64,000 nucleotides of DNA. Source: Nitrospirota bacterium. GTDB lineage: Bacteria > Nitrospirota > UBA9217. The notes below the pieces were generated by a model. That model worked only from the letters and a program-made list of their open reading frames with translations, had not been told where the DNA came from and did no database searches. Shown in pieces: positions 41,160 through 52,167 of this stretch. The stretch spans positions 704,001-768,000 of the forward strand of contig CAVVUN010000015.1 of the NCBI GenBank assembly GCA_963751455.1, in the 5' to 3' direction. Every line of letters begins with the position of its first letter. Position 1 is the stretch's first letter. Position numbers and translations under genes: made by a program.

Positions 41160-41185
41160 CCTTTTCGAGCCTTTCGTCGTCTAAT
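41155..41185 (+). promoter_or_regulatory. Autoregulatory ECF promoter
   Basis: TGTAAC-N17-CGTCTAAT ending 10 nt before the sigma ATG (probably leaderless). Confidence 0.7.
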
Positions 41186-41194
41186 GAGTAATAC

Positions 41195-41752
41195 ATGAGT
41201 GCAGACATAGAAGAAGAATACGCAGTTATCCGGAAGTGCCTCGCCGGCGATCCTGACCAATATGCCATGCTGGTGGACACCTATAAAGACCTGGCATACA
41301 ACATCGCCTTTCGGATGCTCGGGGATGCAGATGCGGCCAAAGACATGGCGCAGGAAAGCTTCATTGCCGCTTACAAGGCACTCGAACATTTTAAGTTCAA
41401 TTCCAGGTTTTCGTCCTGGCTGTACCGGATCGTGGTGAACAAGTGCCGTGATCATTTCAGAGCCGGCAGGGAGACCGTGCCCGTGGATGAGATCTCCGAG
41501 TATGTCGCAGGACCTGACCGCTCGCCGGAGCAGGCCGCTGCCTCCCGCCAAACCGGGGATGCTGTTCAGCACGCGCTGAACGGACTCCCCCCTGACTACC
41601 GTGAGGTCATCATCCTGAAGCATATCGAAGGGCTCGATTATCAGGAGATCGCGGATTCCCTGGGGGTCTCCGTCAGCGCTCTCAAAGTACGGGCACACAG
41701 GGGAAGAGAGATGCTCAGAAAACTCCTGGAAGGAATGGGGGTTGCTTTATGA
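41195..41752 (+). CDS. ECF sigma factor
   Basis: DMAQESF..FSSWLYRIVVN; region 4 YQEIADSLGVS. Confidence 0.95.
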   Translation: MSADIEEEYAVIRKCLAGDPDQYAMLVDTYKDLAYNIAFRMLGDADAAKDMAQESFIAAYKALEHFKFNSRFSSWLYRIVVNKCRDHFRAGRETVPVDEISEYVAGPDRSPEQAAASRQTGDAVQHALNGLPPDYREVIILKHIEGLDYQEIADSLGVSVSALKVRAHRGREMLRKLLEGMGVAL

Positions 41753-42408
41753 AGGATGGAAAAGAACTCGATAAGGAGATGCTTCACCGGCTGCTGGACG
41801 GGGACCTCGGCCCTGATGAAAAGACGGTTCTGATGGACCGGGTCCAGGCAGACCCTGCCCTGAAGGAAGAATTCGACAGCCTTACGGGAGCGCTCCGCGC
41901 AATCGAGAAGAGCGAGAGGATGCCGGCGCCGCCCTTCTTTACCGCCGAGATCATGCGGCGGCTGCCGGCGCGAAAAGCGACTATCGGAAATCGGGTCCGG
42001 GATTTTCTGCTCAAGGGCCGGGTACTTAGATGGAACATGGCCACGGCGTTTGCGGCTGCGGTTCTCTTCGCTCTGGTTTTCACCCAGGTTGTCCGCACCC
42101 GGAATGTGCCTGTTGAAACCGCAGCCGTTTCCCAGCAGGAACAAACCGTGACGGTGACCATGAACCTGCACGCACCGGAAGCTCACCAAGTAGCGGTCGC
42201 GGGCACTTTCAATAAGTGGAAGGCCGATGCAAATATGCTCACAAGGCAGGAAAACGGCGTCTGGACGATAACCATACCGTTAAAGCCCGGGGAGTACAGC
42301 TACATGTTCATCGTGGATGGAAAGGCATGGGTGACCGACCCGAACGCGGAAACCTACAGCGATGACGGCTACGGAAATAAAAATGCCGTGATGAGGGTCA
42401 GAACATGA
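41749..42408 (+). CDS. Anti-sigma factor with TM helix and C-terminal CBM48 domain
   Basis: LLDGDL anti-sigma-like N-terminus; TM helix; VAVAGTFNKW..YSYMFIVDG..DGYGNKN. Confidence 0.85.
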   Translation: MKDGKELDKEMLHRLLDGDLGPDEKTVLMDRVQADPALKEEFDSLTGALRAIEKSERMPAPPFFTAEIMRRLPARKATIGNRVRDFLLKGRVLRWNMATAFAAAVLFALVFTQVVRTRNVPVETAAVSQQEQTVTVTMNLHAPEAHQVAVAGTFNKWKADANMLTRQENGVWTITIPLKPGEYSYMFIVDGKAWVTDPNAETYSDDGYGNKNAVMRVRT

Positions 42409-43364
42409 AAAGGAAAGGACCAATGACGAAGGCCGTTCTCAAAGTTATTATCGCTCTTTTAGTGACTGCAGGAGCGGTCCTGACGCCTGTGCTCTACGTC
42501 TGGGCAGAAGAGGCGGGATCAAAACATCTCGAAGAGGCACGGGTCACTGTCGAAAAATCCTCGCTCTCGAAGGAAGCGAAGGCCGGCATGCTGACGAAAG
42601 CCGACCAGGCCGTGGCTGCGGGCATTCCGGCCGAAGATGTCTCTATCATTATCACTCGCGGACTGAATCAGGGCGTACAGAGCCGCCATATTGAAGGTTT
42701 CCTCGAAACCGCAACCAGAGCAAAAGAACAGAACTTGCCGGTCAGGCTCATCCTTGACCGGACCGAGCAGGGGCTCGCCAAAGGCGCGTCTGCCGAGAAG
42801 ATCACCGGCGTTACCGAGCGGCTTTCCGAGCACCTTTCGGATGCTAAACCGATCGTGAACAAGTTCGAGAGCGGGGGCGTAAGACCAACAGGTGCAAAAG
42901 CGCCGGATGATGCAGTCGAGACCGTGGCGAGAGCCCTGGAAAAATCGATCCCTCAGTATGCCGTAATGAAGACGGGAGAGAAAGTAAAGGATCGGAAAGG
43001 ATCGATTGGGTTATTTAACCGGGCAGTGGATACAATGACCACCTTTGCCGGGAGCGGCATGACTGCCGAGCAGGCCGCGAAAATGGTCCATACGGCTGTG
43101 GACAAGGGCTATTCCGAAAGGGATCTGGAGGCCATGGAGCGCTACATGGTCAACGAACTCAGGAAGAATCGCCCGATGAGCGACGTCATTTCCGGCATGA
43201 ATGCCCAGATGGAACATGGAACGATGATGCGCGGTATGGAGCGGCAGGGAGGAGGGATGATGGGGAATCCGGGCTCCGGCGGCATGGGGGGAGGTACGAT
43301 GGGCAGCCCCCGCTCCGGCGGCATGGGAGACGGCGGTATGCGAGACGGCGGCATGATGAGGTAG
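42405..43364 (+). CDS. Secreted helical protein with Gly/Met-rich tail
   Basis: Signal/TM segment; coupled to the anti-sigma gene. Confidence 0.75.
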   Translation: MKRKGPMTKAVLKVIIALLVTAGAVLTPVLYVWAEEAGSKHLEEARVTVEKSSLSKEAKAGMLTKADQAVAAGIPAEDVSIIITRGLNQGVQSRHIEGFLETATRAKEQNLPVRLILDRTEQGLAKGASAEKITGVTERLSEHLSDAKPIVNKFESGGVRPTGAKAPDDAVETVARALEKSIPQYAVMKTGEKVKDRKGSIGLFNRAVDTMTTFAGSGMTAEQAAKMVHTAVDKGYSERDLEAMERYMVNELRKNRPMSDVISGMNAQMEHGTMMRGMERQGGGMMGNPGSGGMGGGTMGSPRSGGMGDGGMRDGGMMR

Positions 43365-43567
43365 GAAAAGAAACAAAGAAGATAACCCCTTTTGAGAATT
43401 GTGTGCGTTTTGTGGCTATTAAGTAAAGCCTTTGGAATGAGAAGCTCGGGGGAGGGCAATGGAGAAGGCTTCAAAGGTTTTTTTTTCAAGATCTTCTCTG
43501 TGTCCTCTGTGATCTCTATGGCAAAATATTTTGACAATATGATAAATAAATAAAGGAGGAATGAAAA

Positions 43568-44002
43568 ATGAAAAAACTTATGGCAGCGGTTGCGGTGCTC
43601 GTAGTTTCGGCTACGACTGTTTTTGCGCAGATGAGCGGGGGCGGCACGATGGGCAGCGGTACCATGGACGGTTCAGGCCAGCACGGCACGATGGGCTCTC
43701 AGCAGTCCCAACAGATGATGGGCGGCCAGATGATGAGCCAGGAAATGATGCGCAACATGTCAGGCATGATGTCCCAGATGAACGACATGATGCAAAAGAT
43801 GTCGGGGACGATGCAGTCGGGGACCATGGACCACACAAAAATGACGAACATGTCAAAAATGATGGATGAGATGTCCACTACCATGAAGGAAATGTCCGGC
43901 CAGATGGCAAAGGGCACTATGGACCCGGCGCTGACGAAAAAAATGCAGGACCGGATGAAGGACATGAATACAACAATGGAATCGATGCAGAAAGGAAAGT
44001 AA
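43568..44002 (+). CDS. Extremely Met-rich periplasmic protein
   Basis: Signal peptide ending VFA; AAGGAGG RBS. Confidence 0.8.
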   Translation: MKKLMAAVAVLVVSATTVFAQMSGGGTMGSGTMDGSGQHGTMGSQQSQQMMGGQMMSQEMMRNMSGMMSQMNDMMQKMSGTMQSGTMDHTKMTNMSKMMDEMSTTMKEMSGQMAKGTMDPALTKKMQDRMKDMNTTMESMQKGK

Positions 44003-44004
44003 TC

Positions 44005-44823
44005 ATGAAACAGCGTGTGAACAGCTTGAGAGATTTTCAACACGGATGGGGGCGAGGATCAGGCGCAGCGCATACGCATACAGCAAATAGTAGAAGCATT
44101 GTTCACACGCTGTTTGTTTTACTCCTGATCGCAACGATGCCTGTTGCCGGGTGGGCTTCTGAAGGTCGAGGGTATATCGACATGAACGGCGGGTACAAGA
44201 CAGGGGATTTCGGGACTCCGACCAGGTCCGATCTCTATTATTTCTCGCCTGCTCTTGGATACGTTGCCCCTCGCTATGATATGAGCATTACGATCCCGTA
44301 TCTGTATCTCTTGACCGGGCAAGGACTGATGCAGACGAACACGGAAAACGGTATCGGCGACATCATTCTACGGGCGGGGATCGTGGTGGCGCCGGAGACA
44401 GAGAACGGTTTCTCCCTGAGCGCTTCAGCTGCTGTCAAATTGCCGACGGCGGACGAAAATAAGGGGCTGGGGACCGGGGAAACTGATTATGCAGGTTTCC
44501 TGGGCGTGCACAAGCGGATCGGCCAAAACCGTCTGACACTCTCAGCTGGCTATATAAAAGTCGGCGACCCTTCGGGTATCGACCTCAATAATGTCTATGT
44601 TTACGATGTGGGTTACGCGAGAATGTTCACCCGTACGGAACTATCCGCATGGTATGAAGGAAGGCGATCACTGATACCTGGCACAAAGAACCCTCAAGAG
44701 ATAAACGTCGGGTTTTTTCATATCCTCAACCAGGACTATTCCATCAAGGGGAGCTCTTTTGTGGGACTGAACAATGGAGGGCCGGATTTCGGGCTCAACC
44801 TCGGCATTGTTAGATGGTTCTAG
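44005..44823 (+). CDS. Outer-membrane beta-barrel protein (start uncertain)
   Basis: GIGDI, VKLPTADENKGLGTGETD, terminal Phe. Confidence 0.75.
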   Translation: MKQRVNSLRDFQHGWGRGSGAAHTHTANSRSIVHTLFVLLLIATMPVAGWASEGRGYIDMNGGYKTGDFGTPTRSDLYYFSPALGYVAPRYDMSITIPYLYLLTGQGLMQTNTENGIGDIILRAGIVVAPETENGFSLSASAAVKLPTADENKGLGTGETDYAGFLGVHKRIGQNRLTLSAGYIKVGDPSGIDLNNVYVYDVGYARMFTRTELSAWYEGRRSLIPGTKNPQEINVGFFHILNQDYSIKGSSFVGLNNGGPDFGLNLGIVRWF

Positions 44824-44835
44824 GTCCAGCCTTAC

Positions 44836-47429
44836 CTACTTGCCGACAACCAGCAGTTCTTTGAATTTTTCGGGCGGCAACGGTCTGCTGAACAGGAACC
44901 CCTGCGCCTCGTCGCAGTCGGATTCACGGAGGAAGGAAAGCTGCTCCTCGGTCTCCACGCCTTCGGCAACCGTCTTGATCGACATCTTCCTGGCCATTGA
45001 GGTGACCGCGCTGATGATCGCCCGGTCATCGGGGTCCGTTGTTATGTCCCGGATAAACGACTGGTCGATCTTGAGCTTCTGAATCGGAAAACGTTTCAAA
45101 TAACTCAATGACGAATAACCCGTCCCGAAATCATCGATCGATATGTTTACTCCCATCTTTGTCAATTGCTGCAAGCGCAGGACGGTCCGCTCGACATTTC
45201 TCATCGCGGTGCTCTCCGTAACCTCGATTTCCAGGAGGTCCGGGGATATTCCCGTCTCTCGCAAGATCCGGGCGATTTTGTCCACAAGTTCGGGACTCTG
45301 GAACTGTCTTGCTGAAAGATTGACCGTGACGCAGGGAGGATGAAACCCCGAGTCGGTCCATTCTTTGATCTGCCCGCAAACACTCCGAAGCGCCCATTCG
45401 TCGATAGCGGAGATAAACCCCGTTTCCTCGGCAAGCGGGATGAAGCGCTCCGGTTCCAATAATCCCATTTCCGGGTGCTGCCAGCGCGCCAACGCTTCGG
45501 CGCAGACCATCCGGCGACTGTTGATTTCGACCAGCGGCTGATAATGCATGACTAGTTCGCTTCGCTCCACGGTCCGGCGCAGCCTGCTTTCGAGTCTGAT
45601 TCGTTCAAGGGAGCGGATATTGATCGCCGGATTGTAGAACTGGTAGTTGTTCCTGCCGTATTCTTTGGCATAATACATGGCGATATCCGCATACCGCAGG
45701 AGCGTATCTATATCCTCGTCCGTCCTCGGGATATACACTGATGCCGATGCTGGTAGTTATCAAAAATTCATGGGGGCCTACGGCGAAGGGCCGTCTGAAT
45801 GATTGCACGATTTTCGCGGTTATATCGGCCACGTCCTCGGCCCGGGCGAAATCGGCGAGGATCATATTGAACTCGTCGCCGCCGATGCGGGCAAGGGTAT
45901 CGGACCTCCTGACGTTCGACCTGAGCCTGGCCCCGACCTGTTTGAGCAACTCATCGCCGACCTCGTGGCCCAGCGTGTCGTTGATCTCCTTGAAACGATC
46001 GAGATCAAGAAAAAGGATTGCCAGTTTCTTCTCGTTCCGTTGCGCCTGCGCAAGCTCGATTGCGACGATTTCCTTGAAAAGGCGTCTGTTGGGCAGGTCG
46101 GTCAGCGGGTCGTGGTGCGCCATATGTCTGATCTCCTCCTCCAGCCTCTTCCGCTCGGTGATATCCCTAACGATACCTATTGCGTTCCATTTGTCTTTAA
46201 GCTTAAATGCAGACAAGGAAAGCTCTACGGGGAATTTCGCGCCGCCTTTTCTTATTGCTTCTACTTCGTATGCCGTTCCAATGAACGGCCCTTTGCCGGT
46301 TGTCCGGAAATTTTCAAAACCTTTCGTCGAAGTCGGATTTATACTGACTGGGCATGATAAAAGAATGCAGGTATTTTCCCGTCATTTCCCCGCTTGTATA
46401 CCCGAATATTTTTGTTGCCGCGTCGTTCCAGAATGAGACCATCCCGTCGTTATCGATCAAGATAAGCGCATCAAGCGCGGCCGAAGCAATCCCGCGGAAC
46501 CTGCTTTCGCTGTTCTGGAGATCCTCTTCCGAACTCTTGTGTTCGATCGCGAGGCCTATCGGCTGCGTTACAGCGCGAAGAATGTCGAGGAGTTCTTCGT
46601 CCGGCGTATACGGGGTATGAGTGATCACGCATAGGACACCGACGACCTTATTGCGCGCCTTGATAGGCAGACCGGCATAAAACTCCATGTTCTCCTGTTT
46701 CACGACGACCCGCGTGAATCTGGGGTCAAGCGAGGCCTTTTCCGGGATGATCACCTCTTTGTCGCACTGCGCGATGGTTCCGCAGACGCACTCGCCAACC
46801 TTGACCTCGTTCTCGCACAGGTCCTTCACGACGGGCGCGCTCAAATTTCTGAACGCGATCGGCAACATTTCCATCGTGTCTTCGTTGATCACATAAATGA
46901 CGCCCGCGTCCACACCCATGAATGAAATGATCCTGTCGAGCACATCATCCAGGATAGTCTTGAGATCGAGGGACTTGCCGATCGTAAGCGCAATTTCATA
47001 AAGTAAGGATAGTTTCTTGTTCTGCCGCTCCAAGGCATCTCCCGCCCTCGTGCGCTCAATGGCGTACCGAATGGACCGTATAAGGAGCGCGCCATCGATC
47101 CGTCCTTTTACCAGGTAGTCCTGCGCGCCAAGCTCTATCGCTTTAACAGCCAATTCCTCGTCGGTCAATCCGGTAAGAACGACAGCAGGCAGATACGGTT
47201 TTTTATCCTGAAGTTTCCGTAGGGTATCCATGCCGTCGCTGTCGGGCAGTCCCAGATCCAGAAGGACTGCATCGAAGACTTCCTCCTCAATAAGCTTCAA
47301 GCCGGAGGAAAGGCGATCTGCTGTCGTAATCGTATATTTATTTCCGGCGCCATTCATCAGTTCCTTGATCAGCTGGGCGTCGTCAATGTTGTCTTCTATG
47401 AGCAATATTTTTGTGATTGGTTCGTCCAT
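44836..47429 (-). pseudogene. REC-GAF-PAS-GGDEF-EAL protein with two frameshifts (~46316, ~45722)
   Basis: Domains are colinear over three ORFs: LLDLGLPD, GAF, PAS, GGDEF, EAL and DDFGTGYSS. Confidence 0.88.
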
Positions 47430-47913
47430 TCTTATCTCCCTACAAAGGCCTATGCAGGAGGGTTATTCCGTCTTACTTGCCAACATAATTAGTCAAAATC
47501 TTTCCTTAAATATCTCACTTGGATTTTTTTAAGTCAAAAGGAAAAGCCTTTTTTTCGTCCCAGTCTGCAGTACGTGGCAATTGGTATTACTTACTTATAT
47601 TCAAGGAGGTAAAGCAAGTCTTCTCTGGCCTTGAAAAAAAGTAAGCGACGAGATGGCTATATGCACAAAAATGCTTCAGGCGGTAAAATATGGTTATTAA
47701 AAGATAACCAGCGCTTGTTTAGGCGGGTCCGCATGCAAAGGAGAAATCCATGCATTGGGGCGATTATGGATCAGGAATGGGAATGGGATTCGGTTGGTTG
47801 TTTATGGTCGTTTTCCGGGGCCTTATCCTCCCGAAAAAGTGAAGCGATTGGTTATGAACATATGACGGCGTTTGCAGTACGGGAAGATACGGAAAGAAAA
47901 GGGATGATGCTTT

Positions 47914-48970
47914 ATGAGAAAAGACCCATTGTGCAATATGGATGTACGGGAAGATTCCGGCATAAAGGCAGAATGTGATGGAGAAACATTTTATTTCTGC
48001 TCGGAAGGTTGCCGGGATAAGTTCCTCCAGGAGAAGTCCTGTAAGCGGCTTCGGGCCTCGTATGACGTGATCATTATCGGGGGCGGCCCCGCCCGGGCTC
48101 ACGGCAGCCGTCTATGCGGCCACGATGAAAACAGACGCCTTTCTGATAGCGAAGGAGCTCGGCGGCCAGGCCGTGGACAGCACCAAGATCGAGAACTACA
48201 TGGGCTATGACTTCATTACCGGCCCGGAGCTGATCGCAAAATACCGCGAGCAGCTTGTGCGCTCCCATTACATCGACCATGTTCTCGCCGAGGTCGAAAG
48301 GATAGAACGGGCCGATGAAGGATTTATAGTGACGACATCCGGTCTTAAAAGGTATACGACCAGGAGCGTGATCATCACAACCGGCATGACCAGGAAAAAA
48401 CTGGGCGTGGCGGGAGAGGAAAGGTTTCAGAGAAAAGGCCTCTTCTACGGCAACATCCAGGACCTTTCATTCGTCCAGGACAAGAACGCGGTCGTCATCG
48501 GGGGCGGGAATTCAGCCCTTCAGATAGTCGAGAACCTGCATAGCATCGCGGCTACAATTTCCCTTGTTTCAGCAACGGAACTGACTGCTGACCGTTCGAT
48601 CGTGGAGCGCATCAGGAGCTTTGAGAACGTGCGCATCTACGAGGAGTACAAGGTCATCGAACTCCATGGGGGCGGATCGCTATCCGGCATAACGATCAGA
48701 AAGATGGCGGGAGACGAAGCGATCGACCTGCCTGCACAAGGTGCGTTCATCGTTCTCGCACCTCATCGAACTGAACGACCGGGGCGAGATCGTGATTCAG
48801 CCAGACTGTCGACCTCCTGTCCGGGGCTATTTGCTGCAGGCGACATAACGAACGCCTTCGGAAAGCGGATCATCATCGCTTCGGGAGAAGGGGCCAAGGC
48901 AGCCCTTGCGGCGCGGCAGTACCTTTTGGATCTGAGAAAGAAGAAACAGACGGCGGTCTGCGCGAGCTGA
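47914..48970 (+). pseudogene. YHS-domain thioredoxin reductase-like flavoprotein, frameshifted at ~48093
   Basis: DPLCNM..FYFCSEGC, GGGPA|GLTAA, GGGNSA, FAAGD. Confidence 0.85.
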
Positions 48971-49032
48971 AAGAGGGAGCATTCGCATGTGTTGATCAGC
49001 CGATATTATCGGGATCAGGAAGAAGAACCAGT

Positions 49033-50880
49033 ATGACCATAGCGAAAAAACTTAAAATCAGCGCCCTGCTGTCAGCCGGTACGGTATTCGTTTTCATCTT
49101 TCTATTTATCCTGGCTTTTACGATGCAGCTCAAAGCACAGCAGGGAATGACCGTCGCTGACACTCTCATGCGGAGCGCATCCGAAATCATGCTTGTGGGA
49201 AACCATTATCTGATGAGTCCCGGGGAGAGCGGCAAAGCGCAATGGATGCTGAAGTATGAGGCCCTTGTAAAAGTACTGAGCGAGATGTCAATGAAGGAAA
49301 CCGGGGACCGGGTTATTGTCAACAGGATGCTGCAGAATCTTGCCGAGATGAAGGCGCTTTTTACTGAGCTGGCCGCTGCTTCTGAAAAAGGGCGTCTCGA
49401 CAGGGCATCCCCTTCGGCTGATTCACTCATAATGCGCTCTGGCGACCTGACAATCGACGCTTCCCGCCTTGTCGCCGCGAGCGGCGAGGAGATTAAAACC
49501 CTGGACCGAAGGATCATCGAGACAATTACGATCTTCTCCATACTTCTGGCCGTGGCCGTCTTCTGGTCCTCGACGGCCCTGGGCAGAAGCATATCAGGCC
49601 CGATAAACAAACTTCGCACAGGCACCGAAGTCATCGGCTCAGGCAATCTAGACTACCGGACCGGGATTCGTTCGGATGACGAAATCGGACAGCTTTCCGA
49701 ATCTTTTGATCATATGACGGCGAGCCTTAAAGCCATTACCGTTTCACGGGATGAGCTTGCAAGGGAAGTAGCGGAGCGCAAACGGGCGGAAGAGGCACTA
49801 AGACAGAATCAAAGATTCCTGGAAACAGTGATTCAGAATGCTCCGGCATGTATAAAGCTCGTTGCCGAGGATGGATCTTTGCTTCAGATGAACCAGGCAG
49901 GACTGAGTATTTTGGAAGCCGATTCGTTAGAACAGGTGCAGGGAAAAAGTATTACTGCCTGCGTCTCCTTTCAATACCAACCGTCTTTTATGAATCTCGT
50001 AAAAGAGGTTTTTCAGGGCAAAACGGGAACGCTTGAGTTCGAGGCAGCAAGCCTCAAGGGAAAACCGCTGTGGCTGAACACGCACGCTGTGCCGCTGTAT
50101 GACAATGCGGGGAACATAACGGCCCTTCTGGGGATCACCGTTGATATTACCGAGCGGAAGCGGGCTGAGAAGGAGCGCGAAATGTTGATCGGAGAACTTG
50201 CCCGGTCAAACAAAGAGTTGGAGCAGTTCGCCTACGTCGCTTCTCACGATCTGCGGGAGCCGCTGCGGATGGTTGCCGGATTTGTCAGCCTTCTTGAAAA
50301 GAAGTACAAGGGCAGGCTGGACGAGAAAGCGGACAAGTACATACGCTTTGCTGTGGATGGATCTTTGCGAATGCAAAAACTTATTGACGGCTTGCTTGCG
50401 TATTCACGTGTTTTTACGCAGGGAGGCGAGTTCAGGCGAGTTAACCTTGAGCAGGTTTTTAATGAAGCGGCAGCCAATCTTTTGGCTGCAATCCAGGAAA
50501 GCAAGGCCCATATTGTCAGGGACGATCTACCAAAAGTCATGGGCGATGAAACGCAGTTGCTTCAGCTTTTGCAAAACCTGATCGGAAACGCTGTTAAATT
50601 CAGGAAACCGGATGTACCGCCTCAGGTTCACATCTCCGCACAGAAGGAAGAAAACGAATGGGTATTCGAGGTGCGGGACAATGGAATAGGAATAGAAAAG
50701 GAACACTTCGACGCGGTACTCCAGATATTTAAACGGCTGCATACCAGAGAAGAATTTGCCGGCACGGGAATCGGCCTTGCCGTGTGCAAGAAGATCGTGG
50801 AGCGCCATGACGGCCGCATATGGGTTGAGTCGGTTCCGGGGGAGGGAACTTCGTTTTTCTTTACGATGCCCTTTAGTTAG
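49033..50880 (+). CDS. HAMP-PAS sensor histidine kinase
   Basis: Two TM helices; FAYVASHDLREPL; NLIGNAVKF; DNGIG; GTGIGL. Confidence 0.95.
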   Translation: MTIAKKLKISALLSAGTVFVFIFLFILAFTMQLKAQQGMTVADTLMRSASEIMLVGNHYLMSPGESGKAQWMLKYEALVKVLSEMSMKETGDRVIVNRMLQNLAEMKALFTELAAASEKGRLDRASPSADSLIMRSGDLTIDASRLVAASGEEIKTLDRRIIETITIFSILLAVAVFWSSTALGRSISGPINKLRTGTEVIGSGNLDYRTGIRSDDEIGQLSESFDHMTASLKAITVSRDELAREVAERKRAEEALRQNQRFLETVIQNAPACIKLVAEDGSLLQMNQAGLSILEADSLEQVQGKSITACVSFQYQPSFMNLVKEVFQGKTGTLEFEAASLKGKPLWLNTHAVPLYDNAGNITALLGITVDITERKRAEKEREMLIGELARSNKELEQFAYVASHDLREPLRMVAGFVSLLEKKYKGRLDEKADKYIRFAVDGSLRMQKLIDGLLAYSRVFTQGGEFRRVNLEQVFNEAAANLLAAIQESKAHIVRDDLPKVMGDETQLLQLLQNLIGNAVKFRKPDVPPQVHISAQKEENEWVFEVRDNGIGIEKEHFDAVLQIFKRLHTREEFAGTGIGLAVCKKIVERHDGRIWVESVPGEGTSFFFTMPFS

Positions 50881-51165
50881 GCGACGACCGCGAAGGTTGG
50901 TCTTTTTGCCGAGAAACATCCGGTATTTGCTAAAAACGTTGTTTCGGAGGTTATCAGGTTTGACTAAAAAACACTTAGCAAGAAAAGTATGAGGAGCCGT
51001 TTGAATTCGATCTAAAGAAAAGTTCAATAACATATAATCTCATAAAGCCTCCTGGGCAGTTATTTGTTCAGACGAGGTATTGAAAATACCGGAAAAATCA
51101 TGGTATTTCACGGCAAAGTATGATAATATTTTAACCAGTAATTGAACGGACGAAAAGAGGGGCCT

Positions 51166-51375
51166 ATGGAAAAAGAGATCATTTTTAACGTGGAAGAGTC
51201 ACCGGAAGGTGGATATGAAGCGCAGGCGCTTGGTTTTTCCATCTTTACTCAGGCGGATACCTTTGATGATTTGAAAAAGATGGCCCAGGACGCAGTTGTG
51301 TGCCACTTTGATGAAAGAGAACGGCCCAAGGTCATCAGGCTTCACATGGTGAGAGAGGAACTGATCGCCGTATGA
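51166..51375 (+). CDS. HicB-like antitoxin
   Basis: EGGYEA..IFTQADTFDDL. Confidence 0.8.
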   Translation: MEKEIIFNVEESPEGGYEAQALGFSIFTQADTFDDLKKMAQDAVVCHFDERERPKVIRLHMVREELIAV

Positions 51376-51619
51376 AAATCCCCCGGGATGTCAGCGGCGA
51401 CGATCTGGCCAAGTACCTGACCCAATTCCCGGCTATGCCGTTACCCGACAGACCGGAAGTCATATGCGGCTGACATCCTCCTCGAAAGGTTCAGAACACC
51501 ACATCACCATTCCCCGGCACACTCCGTTAAAGATCGGCACCATGAACAGCATCCTGAAGGAAGTTGCCTCCTACCTCGAAATTGAGCGCGATCATCTCGT
51601 GGAAAAACTCTTCCGGTAA
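51372..51619 (+). pseudogene. HicA toxin, frameshifted
   Basis: MKIPRDVSG..F|GYAVTRQTGSHMRL..ITIPRH; 248 nt long. Confidence 0.8.
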
Positions 51620-52167
51620 TAAAACTGTTTTTGAAGCCATCCAATAGCCCTATACGTCCCCCCGCCGAAAGACCTTCCCGCATTTTTTCTTTATTAAAAA
51701 AAGGAAAGCACAGTCCCCTTTGGGTCCCCTTGATGCTGGTTTATCATCCGCCCGGGTGGAAGGATTACGGCGGCTGGTTCTTCGGGGTATTGTTCGTTTT
51801 AACCGCCGTTTTCGGCATAGGGCTGTTGTGGTCCATCTGGCGTTCACGGGATCGGTAGTGTCAGCTCGTCAATTTGTGCAGGCTACGGCATCCCGAAACA
51901 AATTTAGTAAGGTTAAACTTCTTCCTCCTACGGGTAGAAATTTGCACTTGCTGTCATGATAACATCAGCGCAACTTCATTCCGTAATTGATGTCGTTCCC
52001 GCCAAGATTCTGTATTTCAGCCTTATCGGGAGAACACCCTGAGAAAGTTTCCTATCTCGCCGAGAAAACCTCCCCTACGCAAGCTGTACTGAAAAAGATG
52101 TTGACAATCCAAATATGATGGTGATATAAATACACGGATGTAATTATTGTAACAAAGAGGTGAAGGA

